Assembly (NCBI GenBank): GCA_965153355.1
Contig: OZ231126.1
Span: 43,772,001 to 43,836,000 of the forward strand
Length of the DNA: 64,000 nt
Source of the DNA: Flaccisagitta enflata
Taxonomy: Eukaryota
Direction of reading: 5' to 3'
Below are positions 37,063-50,291 of this stretch, piece after piece. How positions within the stretch are numbered: position 1 is the first letter of the stretch; each line of letters starts with the position of its first letter. A program made the translations under genes and the position numbers. The notes under the pieces were generated by a model, which did no database searches, was not told where the DNA came from, and was given only the letters and a program-made list of their open reading frames with translations.

Positions 37063-37939
37063 TTCTGTTTCTGTTTCTCTTTTGACCCTAGGAAGTGTTT
37101 ATCGACTGACGTCACAGCAGCACTAATTTTCTCGATTTCCCCAACATGGCCAAATCAAAAGCTATCGAAAAGCTCCGATATTTTTAGTCGCGGACTAGCG
37201 ACTCTATAAGAGGCTTTGTCCGTCCGTCCGTCCGTCGGTTGGTTGGTCGGTTGGTCGGTTGGTCCGTGGTGATCGAGTCGAAAAGTGGGAAAACACGCAT
37301 TTCCGCCCCTGCCCACCCGTCCGCGACTGGTATTGGCCGTGAATCCGGCCTTGTTTTTCTCCTACCTCTTTCTTTTTTTTTTTCAAAATTTTCCTTCCTT
37401 TTTTTTTCTTTTCTTTTTTTTGCTTTTCCCTTTTCTTTCTTTTTTCTTCTTTCTCGCTTGCTCCCTTTCTTTCTTTCTTTCTTGGAATCTTTTAAGTTGC
37501 GGACACGCAACTCTATTTAAGAGGCTTTGTCCGTCTGTCCGTCCGTCCGTCCGTCCATTCGTCAGTTGGTCCCACGAGTCAAGAAATGGTATAACAGGCA
37601 TTTTAGATGTTTTCTTTGGGTATGTGATTGTGTGGGGGGGGGGCATGGGGTGTGGATGGGGGTTAGATTCCCCTGCCCACCCGTCCGCAACGATATTGTG
37701 ACCCCGCGTCACTTGTTTTTTTTTCATTCTTTTTTTCATTTACTTTTTTGTTTTCTTTTCTTTTCGTTCTGTCTTCACTTCTTTCCGGCTCATCTCTACC
37801 AGTAATGGCGGCTGTCGCCGTGAGGAAAAAAGTCGTAAGCATTGGTCACTTTTCACCATCTTCAGTCATTGAAATTTTGTTAGATCAAATCAAAAGCAAT
37901 TGTATGTATTGACTGCACTGAAAATCAGAGAAAAATAGG

Positions 37940-38330
37940 ACTGAGCCAAATGAGCTAGATGAGCTAAAACAATCAAAATGATTCAACAAGACAACCAGCT
38001 TTGCTCACTGACATGCTTTCTTGTATTTGCATGCTTAAATCAAAACATTAATTTATTCATCCTGTTTAAAATTAAAGAAAAAGCGCAAGCTTAATGAGCT
38101 AAATGAGCTAGAATACTTGAAAACGCCCTCGCAGATGAGCAGCTCTGCTCACTGACATGTTTTTTTATTCGCTTGCTTAAACAAGTTTGAAAATATTCAT
38201 TCATTTATTATATTTGAAATCAGAAAGAACAGACTGAGCTAAGTGAGCTAAATGAGCTGAAATGCTCAAAAATACCCTTACAGATGAGCAGCTGTGCTCA
38301 TAAACATATTTTCTTGTATTTGCATGCTCA
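37940..38330. repeat. Degenerate tandem repeat, about 145-150-bp unit, 3 copies
   Basis: Recurrent gagctaaatgagct...cagct(c/t)tgctcactgacatg...ttgcatgct. Confidence 0.65.
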
Positions 38331-39496
38331 TGTAAACATAAATACACTCCTTTATTGATCAAACACAAAATCGTAAAAAATTGAAAAAAATTTCATTCGA
38401 ATTTTTCATAAATAAATCTTTAAAAAATCATAGCGCCAAAAGTATTTGTCGTAGAACATTCTGCTTGGCGCCAAATGAAAGAGAATTATCAAATTTACTT
38501 ACCCTATCAATTTCATTGGAGGCCCCATTCGCCCCTAGGAGAGCCACAACTTTCGCATAAGAAAATGAAAACCCTGTTTCTCTCGAATATGTCAAAAAGT
38601 CGAAGACTGACTTCGACTTTTTTCCCGATTAGACATAACCGGCAGTAACGTCGGTCTGTCCGTCGATCTATACGTGTCCGCTCGTCGGGCGTGCACCACG
38701 CATTCACTCGTGAAACGGGCCTTGTTTCTCTACTGTTTTGTCTTCAAAGTAAGATTTCCGTCGGTCGGGGCTCATAATTCAAGACCGCTTTACTTCCCGT
38801 CATTTTTTTTCTTTTTTGAAAAAAGAAAAAGTTTATTGTTTTTGTTGTCCATCAAGCTTGAATATACATGTACTAATCGTAGACTTAAAGGAAAGTCGCT
38901 CCAATTGCAAGTGCATTTATTCAGTCACTGCTTTGAAAAAAACAAGGCCAACAACTATAAGTCGCGTGCAAGACTTACAGATTGACTTAGAATGACTTAG
39001 ACTGATTCAGTATACTCGTAAATGACCTAACATGACTTAAAGAAATAAAATTGATAAAAAAAGAAAAAGTGTGACGGACCGACAGACCGACCGACAGACC
39101 GACCGACCAACCAACCAACCAACCAACCGACGGACGGACAAAGCAGGGTGTAGAGTCGCGTGCACGCGACTAAGAATCACTGTTTACACTTTTGTGATCC
39201 GCAATTTTCTGTTCATGTCAGCATGTTCTGGCGCAGTACATACAAATCTTCTCTGAACACACATCTTGTGAACAGATTGTGTGTTCCCAGTTGCCCAAAT
39301 GATCGTTGGAACATCCGGTCATGACTTATCCATCATGCTGCCGTGTTGCGCGCGATATTTGTCTTTATTTTGGTCCCATGAGACAGAGACAGAGGTTAAC
39401 GTCGCCCGATCTTCTATGATATCTATGCGTTGTTGTCTTTGTTTTCTTCGTTATCGTGTGGGCAACGATGTTGTTGTTCTTGTTGTTGTTGTTGTT

Positions 39497-39553
<57 letters not shown>

Positions 39554-39717
39554 ATGTTGTTGTTGTTGTTGTTTTTATTGTTATTGTAATTGTTGTTGTT
39601 GCTGTTGTTGTTATTGTTATTGTTATTGTTATTGTTATTGATATTGATATTGATATTGATATTGTTATTGTTATTGTTATTGTTGTTGTTGTTGTTGTTA
39701 TTGTTATTGTTATTGTT

Positions 39718-39777
<60 letters not shown>

Positions 39778-40909
39778 CTCGTTGCTGTAGTTCTTTTCTG
39801 CTTTTTTTTCTCTTTTTTTTTTCTCTTTTTTTTCTTTGTCGTTGTTTTTGTTGTTGATGTTGCTTCACTGAAGTTGAAGAAACTAATTGCTTTTTAAGTG
39901 CATCCTCGCACTTGTTTAAGAGGTCATGTCCGCCCGTCGGTTGGTCGGTCACGCAAACGTTTGATATGCGCGAAACGGATGATTCTGACGTAAATCTTCA
40001 TTACAATCACCTCCCATGCCTTACCACATTCATATTCATTCATTCATTCATTCATTCATTCATTCATTCATTCATTCATTCATCAATAACGTTCATTCAT
40101 AAATCCTAATCAACCGAGGCGCATTAATTGGCCATATTTGTGATTCTTCGATATGAAACCCATACTGAGTAGAAATATTACAATCATTGCAAGGGTCTCC
40201 TCCCTTCCTTCTCATGCTTCAAAATCTTCTTTATCGTTTTTAGTTGCGGACACGCAACACTATAAGAGGCTTTGTCCGTCCATTTGTTTGTCTGTTGGTC
40301 CATCCATCGCCCGACCAACGATTCGTCCAACCATTAGTCCATCATGCATCAGCACGAGTCGAAAAGTGAGAACACGAGCGTTTTACTAAAACTTTTGGAT
40401 ACTTTCTGCGATGTGTGTGTGTGGGGGGGGGGGGGGGGGTAGTCGTGGACTAGCGACTATATAAGAGGCTTGGTCCGTCCATCTGTTTGTCTGTTGGTCC
40501 ATCCATCGCCCGACGAGTCGAAAAGTGGGAACACGAGCGTTTTACTAAAACTTTTGGATACTTTCTACAAAGTGTGGGGGGGGGGGCGTGGAGGGAGGTA
40601 GGACGCCCCTGCCCACTCGTTGGCGACGATACTGGAACCCCGCGTCTCTTGTTCTTCTCTTTTCTTCCTCTCGATGTTGTTTTCATGGTGCAACTCTGCA
40701 GGGATTTCACTATTTTGTATCGTCAGCAACAAATACCTCAATGGGACGTCTTTTACGTTTTTATGGCATCTGTACAGAGTTTAAAATCCTTTCTCTTTCT
40801 CTTCCTCTCTGCCTTCTTCTAAGTTCTTCTACTTTTCAATTCACTCCGCATTTCAGTAGATTTTTCGCGGTGGTTGTAAGAATTCTAATGGCTTCCTGCC
40901 TTAAGAATC

Positions 40910-40953
<44 letters not shown>

Positions 40954-40975
40954 GCGTGTGCGTGTGCGTGTGCGT

Positions 40976-41025
<50 letters not shown>

Positions 41026-41176
41026 GCGTGTGTGTGTATGGAGGAACAAAACGTCAAAACATATATGTGTTCGTTGGTATGAATGTATCATGTATCGATT
41101 GCATTATGCTTACACATGCTTGTAAATGCACCCGAGTCACTTGCCAAAACACCTTACTTTGGTTTAAAGTCATATA

Positions 41177-41734
41177 CAGTAGATCTCGTCTAGACTTGAG
41201 ATAACGGGGGCAAGCATTGTCGAAACACAAATGAAGCCAGGGGAGTGATATTTTAATACTAATAAAGTGATGGTTTATTGCCCATGATAGCTGGTTGCCA
41301 TGGAAACGTATTTCTATGTATTTTTGCTAAAATATCAATATTTTGAGAAATTTTTTGAGGGAACATTTTTTAAAATTAAATTTGCTACAACTTTCCCACA
41401 GTATGTTCTGTAAGAATGTCGCTCGTTTAGCGGTTGCTAGGGGTCGTCACACATGGATACGCTCCCTAGCAACGGCCAAACGAGCGATATTCTTACAGAA
41501 CATACTGTGGGAAAGTTGTAGCAAATTTGATTTTAAGCAATGTTCCCTGAAAAAATCTCTCAAAATATTTATATTTTAGCGAGAATACATGGAAATGTGT
41601 TTCCATGGCAACCAGGTATCATGGGGAATTAAGCATCCTTTGATTAGTCTATGATCCAAATATCGCTCCCCTGCCTTCATTCGTCTTTCCACAATGCTTG
41701 CCCCCGATACCTCAAGTCTAGAGGAGATCTACTG
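41177..41734. mobile_element. Fully palindromic TA-flanked MITE
   Basis: ta|cagtagatctcgtctagacttgag ... ctcaagtctagaggagatctactg|ta, with arms continuing to the centre near 41455. A truncated left end of the same family lies at about 57994-58050. Confidence 0.92.
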
Positions 41735-42079
41735 TACACAAATCCCTTCGTCTCCAACTGTCTAAAACAACCATTTCTTTAATTTGTTTCTTGCAATTTC
41801 GTTGAACATTTTTTCCACGGGACCACCTGAGGCTCGGAAATCGCAATCATCAAAATGTTTTGTACGCTTTCGAGTAAAAATCTGCGCTTCCTTTAATCCA
41901 AAGGAAGCGAAGGCAACAACTACAAAGACAACGATAACTACAACGTCACGAATACGCCACAAAAACGCCAACGACGACGCCAACACCGACGCCAATGCAA
42001 CGACAACGGCAACGCCAACGGAAACGCCAACGCCAATGACAGGCTGTCGACAGCGCCATGGACATCGATAACAACAACG

Positions 42080-42182
<103 letters not shown>

Positions 42183-42353
42183 ATTCGAATCACACCACAT
42201 CGCATGACACACACGAGTACACGCAAAGCCGCGTGCGCGTCAAGTCAGCACGTTCTCGGATTCCAGGACGACAGGAGCGCGAGAAACTTGAATCCGCGCC
42301 GAATTTCCTCCAAACGCGCCTCGAGTTTTTTCCCCCGCGCGCGCGTTCAAATG

Positions 42354-42680
42354 GTCACGTGATGTGGCCAGTTGGTCATGTGATAAGGCAAGTTGATCAT
42401 GTGATAAGGCAAGTTGATCTTGTGATAAGGCTACTTAATCATGCTATTATTCAAATCAATCCTGTGATAAGGCGAACTGATCATGTGATAAGATAAGTTG
42501 ATCATGTCATAAGGCAAGTTGATCTCGTGATAAGGCTAGTTAATCATGTTATTATTCAAATCAATCATGTGATAAGGCAAACTAATCATGTGATAAGACA
42601 AGTTGATCATGTGATGAGGCAAGTTGATCATGTGATATGGCCCATAAGTCATGCAAGTTGATCATGTGATTCGGCAAAGT
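42354..42680. repeat. 21-bp minisatellite (gatcatgtgataaggcaagtt) with a 105-bp higher-order duplication
   Basis: Period 21; 42376-42480 is approximately repeated at 42481-42585. Confidence 0.85.
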
Positions 42681-43178
42681 TATCAAGTCATAAAGCAACC
42701 TGATGATCACAGCAAATGGCAAAATGCTCAGATGATCAGGCAATAATGATCGCAAGAGAGAGCATAGAGATCACATGTTTATGCAACATGACATCATATG
42801 AAACATCAATGCAATCACATAGTATGATCAAGTAGCATATGAAAATTTCTATCACATAATACGAATATGCAATCAATGCAAGTCGCGGAGACATTGTGGC
42901 CATTAGTGATAAAATGGAATGGCAAAGTCAGGTCATTTGGCAAAGTATTTACAAAGAATTTGTGTCATCTCTAGACATCCATCCGTGATATCATATAACA
43001 TGGCAAAAATTCTCAAGACATGGCAAAGTACCAGCGTGAAATGGCAAATCGATCATGAGATATGGCAATGAAATCACGTGGTCTATCCATAAGATCACGT
43101 GACGTTGTTTTTCCTCCGCGCGCGCGTTTTCCTGGTCATTTCATCCTCTTTTTTTTGTTCGCTACTTTTATCCCCAGA

Positions 43179-43276
<98 letters not shown>

Positions 43277-44397
43277 TCTCTCTCTCTCTCTCATTTATAT
43301 CCTCAAGACTTCTCTTTGCCGCTATTGAAGTTGTTTTACAAGCCCAGAAAATACTTAAATGGAAAATGACCCCTCATGGCCTCAGCCCTCAACACTTGTG
43401 CGCACTGAGCTGTCCCAATTTCTGAGCTGTCTCATTTTCATTTTTTTTTTTGTTTTCTGTTCCACTTAGGCATGAAGAAAAATTGCAAACTCGCAATTAT
43501 TTTCTTCAAGAGATTTTTACGGCAAAAGAGAGACATTTCTCCTAAAAGGTAGAAACTAAACTGAAAAAAAGACTATAGAGGAGGCAGAAGAAATTCGTTT
43601 TTAAGTGAGTTCACAACGAAATCAAAAAAGAAACGAAAAGAAGAAAACAAATAAGGAAACCTCATGCAAATCAAAGCAATGTGAAGACGTTTCCCAACTA
43701 AAGTGCTTCTATTCGCTCAATTACTTACGCTTTTAGTTTTATACACATGGCGTAAAAATCTAACACCTGTTCCACCGCGAAAAACTTGGATTTTAATTCA
43801 TTCGCCCTCGCATCTCTACAAGAGTCCGTCCGTCCGTCCGCCTATCCCTTAGTCCCTTACCAATGCTTTTTTTTCAAACTTTTTTGCATCAATATCTATT
43901 AAGCTATTATCTAAAACCATTGCACCCGGATAAATATATGACGGTTTTAATGAGGTTCTTCAACTATTTCCGGCTGTTATTCGTTTCGTAATAAAAAAAA
44001 TTGACTCGCGTTGTATTGTAAAAGGGATGTTCCTAAAGGTAAATGGAAGGATGCTCTTGTTGGCCATCTATTAGCCTCATCATTCATTCATCATTCATTT
44101 TTGCTTTTCCTCCTGATGACAAGTACAGGTTGTTCGACAAAGTGATGCTAACGCGCTTATCACCATAGCTTAGATGATATTTATATAATTTTTTTCGTAA
44201 TTCTCAATTCCCCTTGTTAAGTTGTCATTCAATCGTCAATTCAATTGTCATTTTGTGATAATCTCGCATCTCTTTCCCTTGTCATTTGTCTGAAGATCTC
44301 AATGCCTTAGTCACTTTTGTGATAATCTCGCATCACTTTTCCTTATTATCTGTCTGAAGATCTCACTACTTGTCAGTTTGTGGCGTTCTCACCTTAA

Positions 44398-44656
44398 GGC
44401 GTGTTTCTAGTGAGCGCTAAAAACGCGTTTGTTCCCGTGAAACGCGATAACAGTGTGAACACATATTCAAAAATTTCAACTGTCCCACGAGGGAGTGAGC
44501 AAAGTGAGTGAGCGAGCCCGTGAACGGAGCGAGCGAGCAAAGCAAAGCGGAGCGCTGCGGAGCAAGTGAGCGGAGTGAGCGGTGCGAGCAAACGAACGTA
44601 GCGAGCGACCGAGTGGCAGGTTCAAAACACGATTGTCTGTGACTAGAAACGCCCCC
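44398..44656. mobile_element. Family C MITE, longer copy
   Basis: ggcgtgtttctagt ... actagaaacgccccc, flanked by TTAA/TTAG; homologous to 9601-9746. Confidence 0.75.
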
Positions 44657-46571
44657 TTAGTTCCCCTTTTCATTCCACCTAAGATCTCTTCGCTTTGTGC
44701 GTTTGTGTCGGTTATCTTTTCTCTCCACTGATTCCCGTTTCTCGTAAATCGACCGGCTTTCCACTTTTCGCCTTCACACGGAAAACAACAGCAAGTACAT
44801 ATACAGTCAGTGTTTTACACCACAACCCGCCACCCCCCGAAAAAGCTGTTCCATGCTGTGCAATGTTGGAGACTTAGAGTATTGCTTTAGATTTTTAATG
44901 GTATGCGCAATATTGTCCACATCATGTCATTTTTACTGTTTCTTTGTTGGTCTGCTTTTACCGACAAACATGAGGAGAGTATATTTCAATAATTGTCATT
45001 AACGCGAGTTGCTTTAATGTTTGACTATATGTTACTAATGATTCATGATTAACATTACTAATGACCAGGCGCAGGCAATGCTTTGGAGTTTGGACACTGA
45101 CTGAACGTCAGAAAGCTCACATGTGTATTTCTCTAACATCATCGCGGTGAGTTGAGGCGACGACATTTCTCTTTGAAACTCGACCACTTCTTTTATGTTC
45201 GCGTTTTCTTTTGTTGTGCCCCACAACTGTGGAAGAAAATGGGAAGTTGGCAGTATGGTGACATGTTACATGGTGACATGTAGAATGGTGACAACAAAGT
45301 GATGACATATGACAGACATAGTGATGAAATCATGATGACAAAGTGATGGCGTGCAATGCGATCCAACGTGTTTTACGGCCTCCCATGCAATAGACGGTGT
45401 GGTTCTGTCAGGTTGGTCTCATCACCTTATGTAAAACCATCGTAAATTTGTTGGGGTTTGAATGAAGGTGATGGCATCGGCGTTATAGGATCGGTTTGTT
45501 CGTTTCCACATCCATTCTTTTGGTAAATCCTCCTCCACTTACCGACCGTCAGAGTGATAGAATGTCGAGTCGATTGGCCGCGACGAAAAAGAAGGGTTCC
45601 AATTTAAGATCCCAATATGCAAATCACGTTGGCTAGATTATATTATACCTATTAATTCATTCGCTTTGGATATAAAATATTATCGCACGAAGACATTCCC
45701 ACGGAAATAAAAAGATACTTCCCTGTAAGTTTACTCAAAATTTTTAGCCGCGGACACGCGACTCTAGTCTCTAGAACTTGCCGTGTCATTTCGTTCATCC
45801 GTCCGTCCGTCCCTCCGTCAGTCCAACCGTCCGTCGGTAATTTTTTTTCAAAATGTGAGCGGTTTTATGGTATACTGTCCGCGACCGGGGGGGGGGGGAG
45901 TGTATACGGGTTTGCTTTCTTTACCGTGTTTGCCAATGAATATATGACCAGCTTTATATCGATTTTTTCGTCGGTTTCCACCAAAACCAAAAGTGCCATT
46001 CTGAGCCCATTTTTCATCCATCATGGTTATTTCCGTTGTTATACTCTTTTTTTTCATCACTCAAATTTGTTTTGGCTGCCATCATCATCCCGTTTGTTAC
46101 ATCATTTGATATTTCTCCTCAACAATTGCTTTTTTCGTTCTATTTTTCGCGTTTTTTTCTTTTTTGCCCTCAAGCGACGATTTGTTTTTTCTCCAGACGT
46201 CTTTTTGTTGTCTTGATAATCAAAACAGATTTGTTTTTGTCTTGACACGTCGTTGTTTTTCGTCCCTGGGCTGGTGTGCGTCTGATTGATTTGTTATGCA
46301 GACGATGTGTGTCTGTCTTAAGCTCTCAATCTCGAATGATCGCAACTTGCTAAAATACAAGGCCGGATACACGGCAATCCAGTCGCGGACGGTTGGGCAG
46401 GAGCAGTAATGCGAAAACCGCTCGGAAAAAAATTCGTAACCTACCAACTTACCGACCGACACAGCAAGGTGTAGAGTCGCGTGTCCGCTACTAATAATGG
46501 TAAAAAAATGCGCTTTTCTGTAAACCCCGTCAATGCCGACCGACTTTTCTCCCGAAGAGGCGAACTTTTCC

Positions 46572-47565
46572 AATGTTAGCTCGGTCTAAAGTAACGCGCT
46601 GTAACAATGTAAGCTCAAGGCCCATCTGAACAAAAGCACTGTATTATGTATCAATGTAAGCCCGGTCTAAAGTAATGCACTGTAACAATGTAAGCCCAAA
46701 CTGAACAAAAGCACTGCATCAATGTAAGCCCGGTCTAATGTAACGAACTGTACCAATGCAATATGAGTCTAATCTGAAAAAAGCTCTGTACCAACGTAAG
46801 ACCCCCTCTAGATTGAAGTAACGCACTGTTCGTGGCTTACTTTGCAACGGGCTCATACAGGGTGTTTCACATCAAATGATATATAAGAAAACGATGTCAT
46901 TTTGCTTCTGAAAATGAGGAAACAATTTTGTAAAAAGATTCATAAAGTTTTTAAACTCTGATTTTTCCTGTAAAAATTTCATTGGTCTTAGTTGAGTAGT
47001 TTAGCCATAATATGAATTTGAAGTGAAATGAATATTTACAGTCAATATTTTTTTCATCCTGGAAATTTTTCTTCAAATTATTCTCACATCCAAACAGTTT
47101 GAGCTACAGATGCCAGATTGGTCTCAAATTAAAGATATTTTGTAATGTAATGTATTTCAGCAAGAGCATATACATAAGCACAATTGCCGTGGAAGCTAAA
47201 AGAAAATCCAAAGATTTTTTTCCATTGAGGTCCACAATTTTAATTTTCTTTCACTTGAGTCTAATCTGGCATCTGTAGCTCAAACTGTTTAGACGTGAGA
47301 ATGATTTAAAGAAAAACTTCCAGGATGAAAAACACATTGACTGTAAATATTTATTTAATTTCAAATCAATGAAATTTTTACATGAAAACTTGGAGCTTAG
47401 GAGCTCAATAAATCTATTTTCAGATTTATTGTCTTATTCTTAGAAGCAGAACAACATCGTTTTCTTATATATCATTTGATGTGAAACACCCTGTAGTGTG
47501 CGTGTACTGCTTTTGTAAGCCCGGTCTAAAGTAAGGCACTGTAACAAAGTAAGCCCGATCTGAAC
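46572..47565. repeat. About 33-bp degenerate minisatellite (aatgtaagcccggtctaaagtaacgcactgtaac) split by a MITE
   Basis: Units occur on both sides of the 46858-47493 insertion. Confidence 0.7.
46858..47493. mobile_element. Tc1/mariner-type palindromic MITE
   Basis: ta|cagggtgtttcacatcaaatgatatataagaaaacgatg ... catcgttttcttatatatcatttgatgtgaaacaccctg|ta. Confidence 0.92.
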
Positions 47566-48176
47566 CGCCACGCGCGCTGAACCGGTTTTACCCCATTTCT
47601 TTTGATATCTGATTCCTTTCGAAAGTTTCGATTCAAGATTTGCTTTTGCTTTAACGGCTTTCCTTCCGTCTCAATGCGCGAGTTATCGTCGTCGTTACCG
47701 TCGTCATCGTCGTCGACATCGTTGTCATGGTCGTCATCGACGTTGTCATCGTCAGCGTTACTGTCGTCATGGCCATAATCAACATCGTCAACGACATTAT
47801 CAACGTCGTCATCGTCGTTATCAACGTCGTTGGCGTAGTCATCATCAGCGTCATTCATAAGGCAATTGCACAAACAAGCAAACTGTTGAGAAAATGTTTT
47901 TGTGCTTTGAGTAACTAAATTCAAGCGGCCTCCAGCCTCCCGCGACCGGCGTAAGTTTCCATTTTTTATCATGGCAAAAAATGTAAACAAATCCTAAAGA
48001 ATGATTTAGGATCAACTTCACATTAGATTGGTTTTAACTTATTTTGTTTATTTGTCCCGCTCATTCAACCAGTCGATGGGCCGTTCGTGTCTTTTGATGA
48101 TATTTGTTGACAGTTTTCCCGTCACTGTTTTTGCCCTTTACTTATCATAAATTATCCAAAACGCGGCATCACCATG

Positions 48177-48411
48177 CACCGGGTAATCTGCAGCATAAAA
48201 CGGTAAGAGCAAACCCCGGGGGTTGCTCGGGGTTCTTCAGGTTTGTTGCCATTGTTTGTCATGATGTTTGAGTGTAGTATAGTACATTTTTAATAATGTA
48301 GTTGTTTTTGCAAGCAATTTTACCCTGAGCCAAGCCTGAGGCAAACCCAAGCCAATCCCGAGCAACCTCAAGCAACCTCCGGGGTCTAATCTCATCTCAG
48401 ATAACCCAGTG
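48177..48411. mobile_element. Small Transib-like MITE
   Basis: caccgggtaatctg / cagataacccagtg ends; the 5-bp flanks CCATG / CCACG differ by one transition. Confidence 0.65.
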
Positions 48412-49235
48412 CCACGCCTACCTCATTGCGCGCGACTTAAGCTACCGTGTTTCCATTTTTTTTCTCTTGGTAACAATGCTTTGTAGGTGAGAACAGACGT
48501 TGAAAGCGATTGGTAGAAATGATAAACGTTTGATCAGTTCTTTGTCGGTCGTAGATGTTTACCTAGGAAAAAAATTGAACTCAACTTTTTTCCATAATTT
48601 CATGGCTCACGCTTGCATAGGATATCCAATTGTAACTACCTTATTCCTTTTGATTAGCGCCCCGGGCGCTTTTGAAATTGATATGAAACATTGTCTTTTT
48701 TAACCTGCAATTAGCGCCCCCTCATTCACTTATGTATAAATGATTTTACATGAAACTTAATGCTTTTGATGAACATCTTGTAACTAGATGCAATAAAGCG
48801 CTGAAATACTAAAATCAGTTTTGCATTGTATACCATACCATTCTTATTTTCTTTTTCTTTGCCCACAAAAAACTTAAATCACAATTAATCTGAAAGGATT
48901 TTTTCTAAAAATATAATTTTGTGATGAGCTCTATTTGTTTGGGAAAGGGGGGCGCTGATTAGAGGGTAATGCAATTCATTTGCCATTTTTATCGTGAATG
49001 TTTTAGTTCCTGGACCGACTGTACCGGCTTAGATTTGTTGGTCTCTTTTGGGCTGGAGTTATCTGTGTTATGATAGGTTGTAGAACTCTTTTCCCATTCA
49101 TAAGTCGTAGAGGTTTTACTAATCTCATGCATGAAGTTGAAGAAAGTATTGATAGATTACAACTGTCTCCATCGCATAGGTTGTAAATGTTTCTCTTTAC
49201 TCAAATTTTTCACTCCCATCTGTTCTATCACCTCT

Positions 49236-49381
<146 letters not shown>

Positions 49382-49994
49382 CGTCCGTCTGTCCATGCAA
49401 ATTCCGTCAAGTCTTGCCAAACACTTTTTAGTCGCGGACACGCGACTCTACACCTTGCCGTATCGGTCGGTCCGTCGGTCACATTTCTGAATTGCGAGCG
49501 GTTTTCGCATTACCGCTCCTGCCCAACTGTCCGCGACTGGATTGCCGTGTATCTGGCCTTGTTGCTTTTGTAAGCTCATTTTGCATTTCTTCCTGATTTG
49601 TTTTCATAGTATTGTCATTTCAGTCGTTAAAGTCAATTTATACATGAAACTACATAAATTCCTAGTCTGTTGACCTAATCTTTTTTCAGCGTCCTGTCAG
49701 TAGCGCGCTCCGCAATTCTTTACACCGCTTCGTCAGTTGGTCCATTGGCATTGTTCAGTTACAGTTAAGCCTCACTGGCACAGCCCACCCGAACATGACC
49801 GGGATGGCCGTGTATCCGGCCTTTTTCTCCCTCACATCATTTTCTTTTTCTCTAGACAAGATTTCGCTTTGGCACCTTCTATTCCTCCCTTCATTTTCTT
49901 TTTTCCTCACTTCCTCTCACTATCTCTCTAATTTTTTTACTTCATTTTTCAAGTCCACACTCTTTCTCTCGCTATGGTGTGATTTTTTCCTCCT

Positions 49995-50062
<68 letters not shown>

Positions 50063-50185
50063 CATTCCTTCTCATTCTGTTTTTCCACTCGAGCGATAAA
50101 ATCATTGAACTCGATTCAGTGGCGCCCACTTGACACGAATCGCAAACCCAACGCCACGGATTCCATCGTCAGCTTCCGGTTTCCT

Positions 50186-50291
50186 GTTTCCGGCCAACAG
50201 TCTATGGTTTCCGACCCACAGTCTATGGTTTCCGGCCAACAGTCTATGGTTTCCGCTCAACAGTCTATGGTTTCCGCTCAACAGTCTATGG
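50186..50291. repeat. 21-bp minisatellite (gtttccgctcaacagtctatg) x5
   Basis: Direct tandem units; a dispersed unit lies at about 50813-50833. Confidence 0.85.

Noticed and set aside
37801-38710. Possible short first exons (ATGGCGGCT...GTC|GTAAGC at 37804, +; MGPPMKLIG|GTAAGT near 38500, -)
   Set aside because: No downstream exons could be linked, so the evidence is limited to isolated donor motifs.
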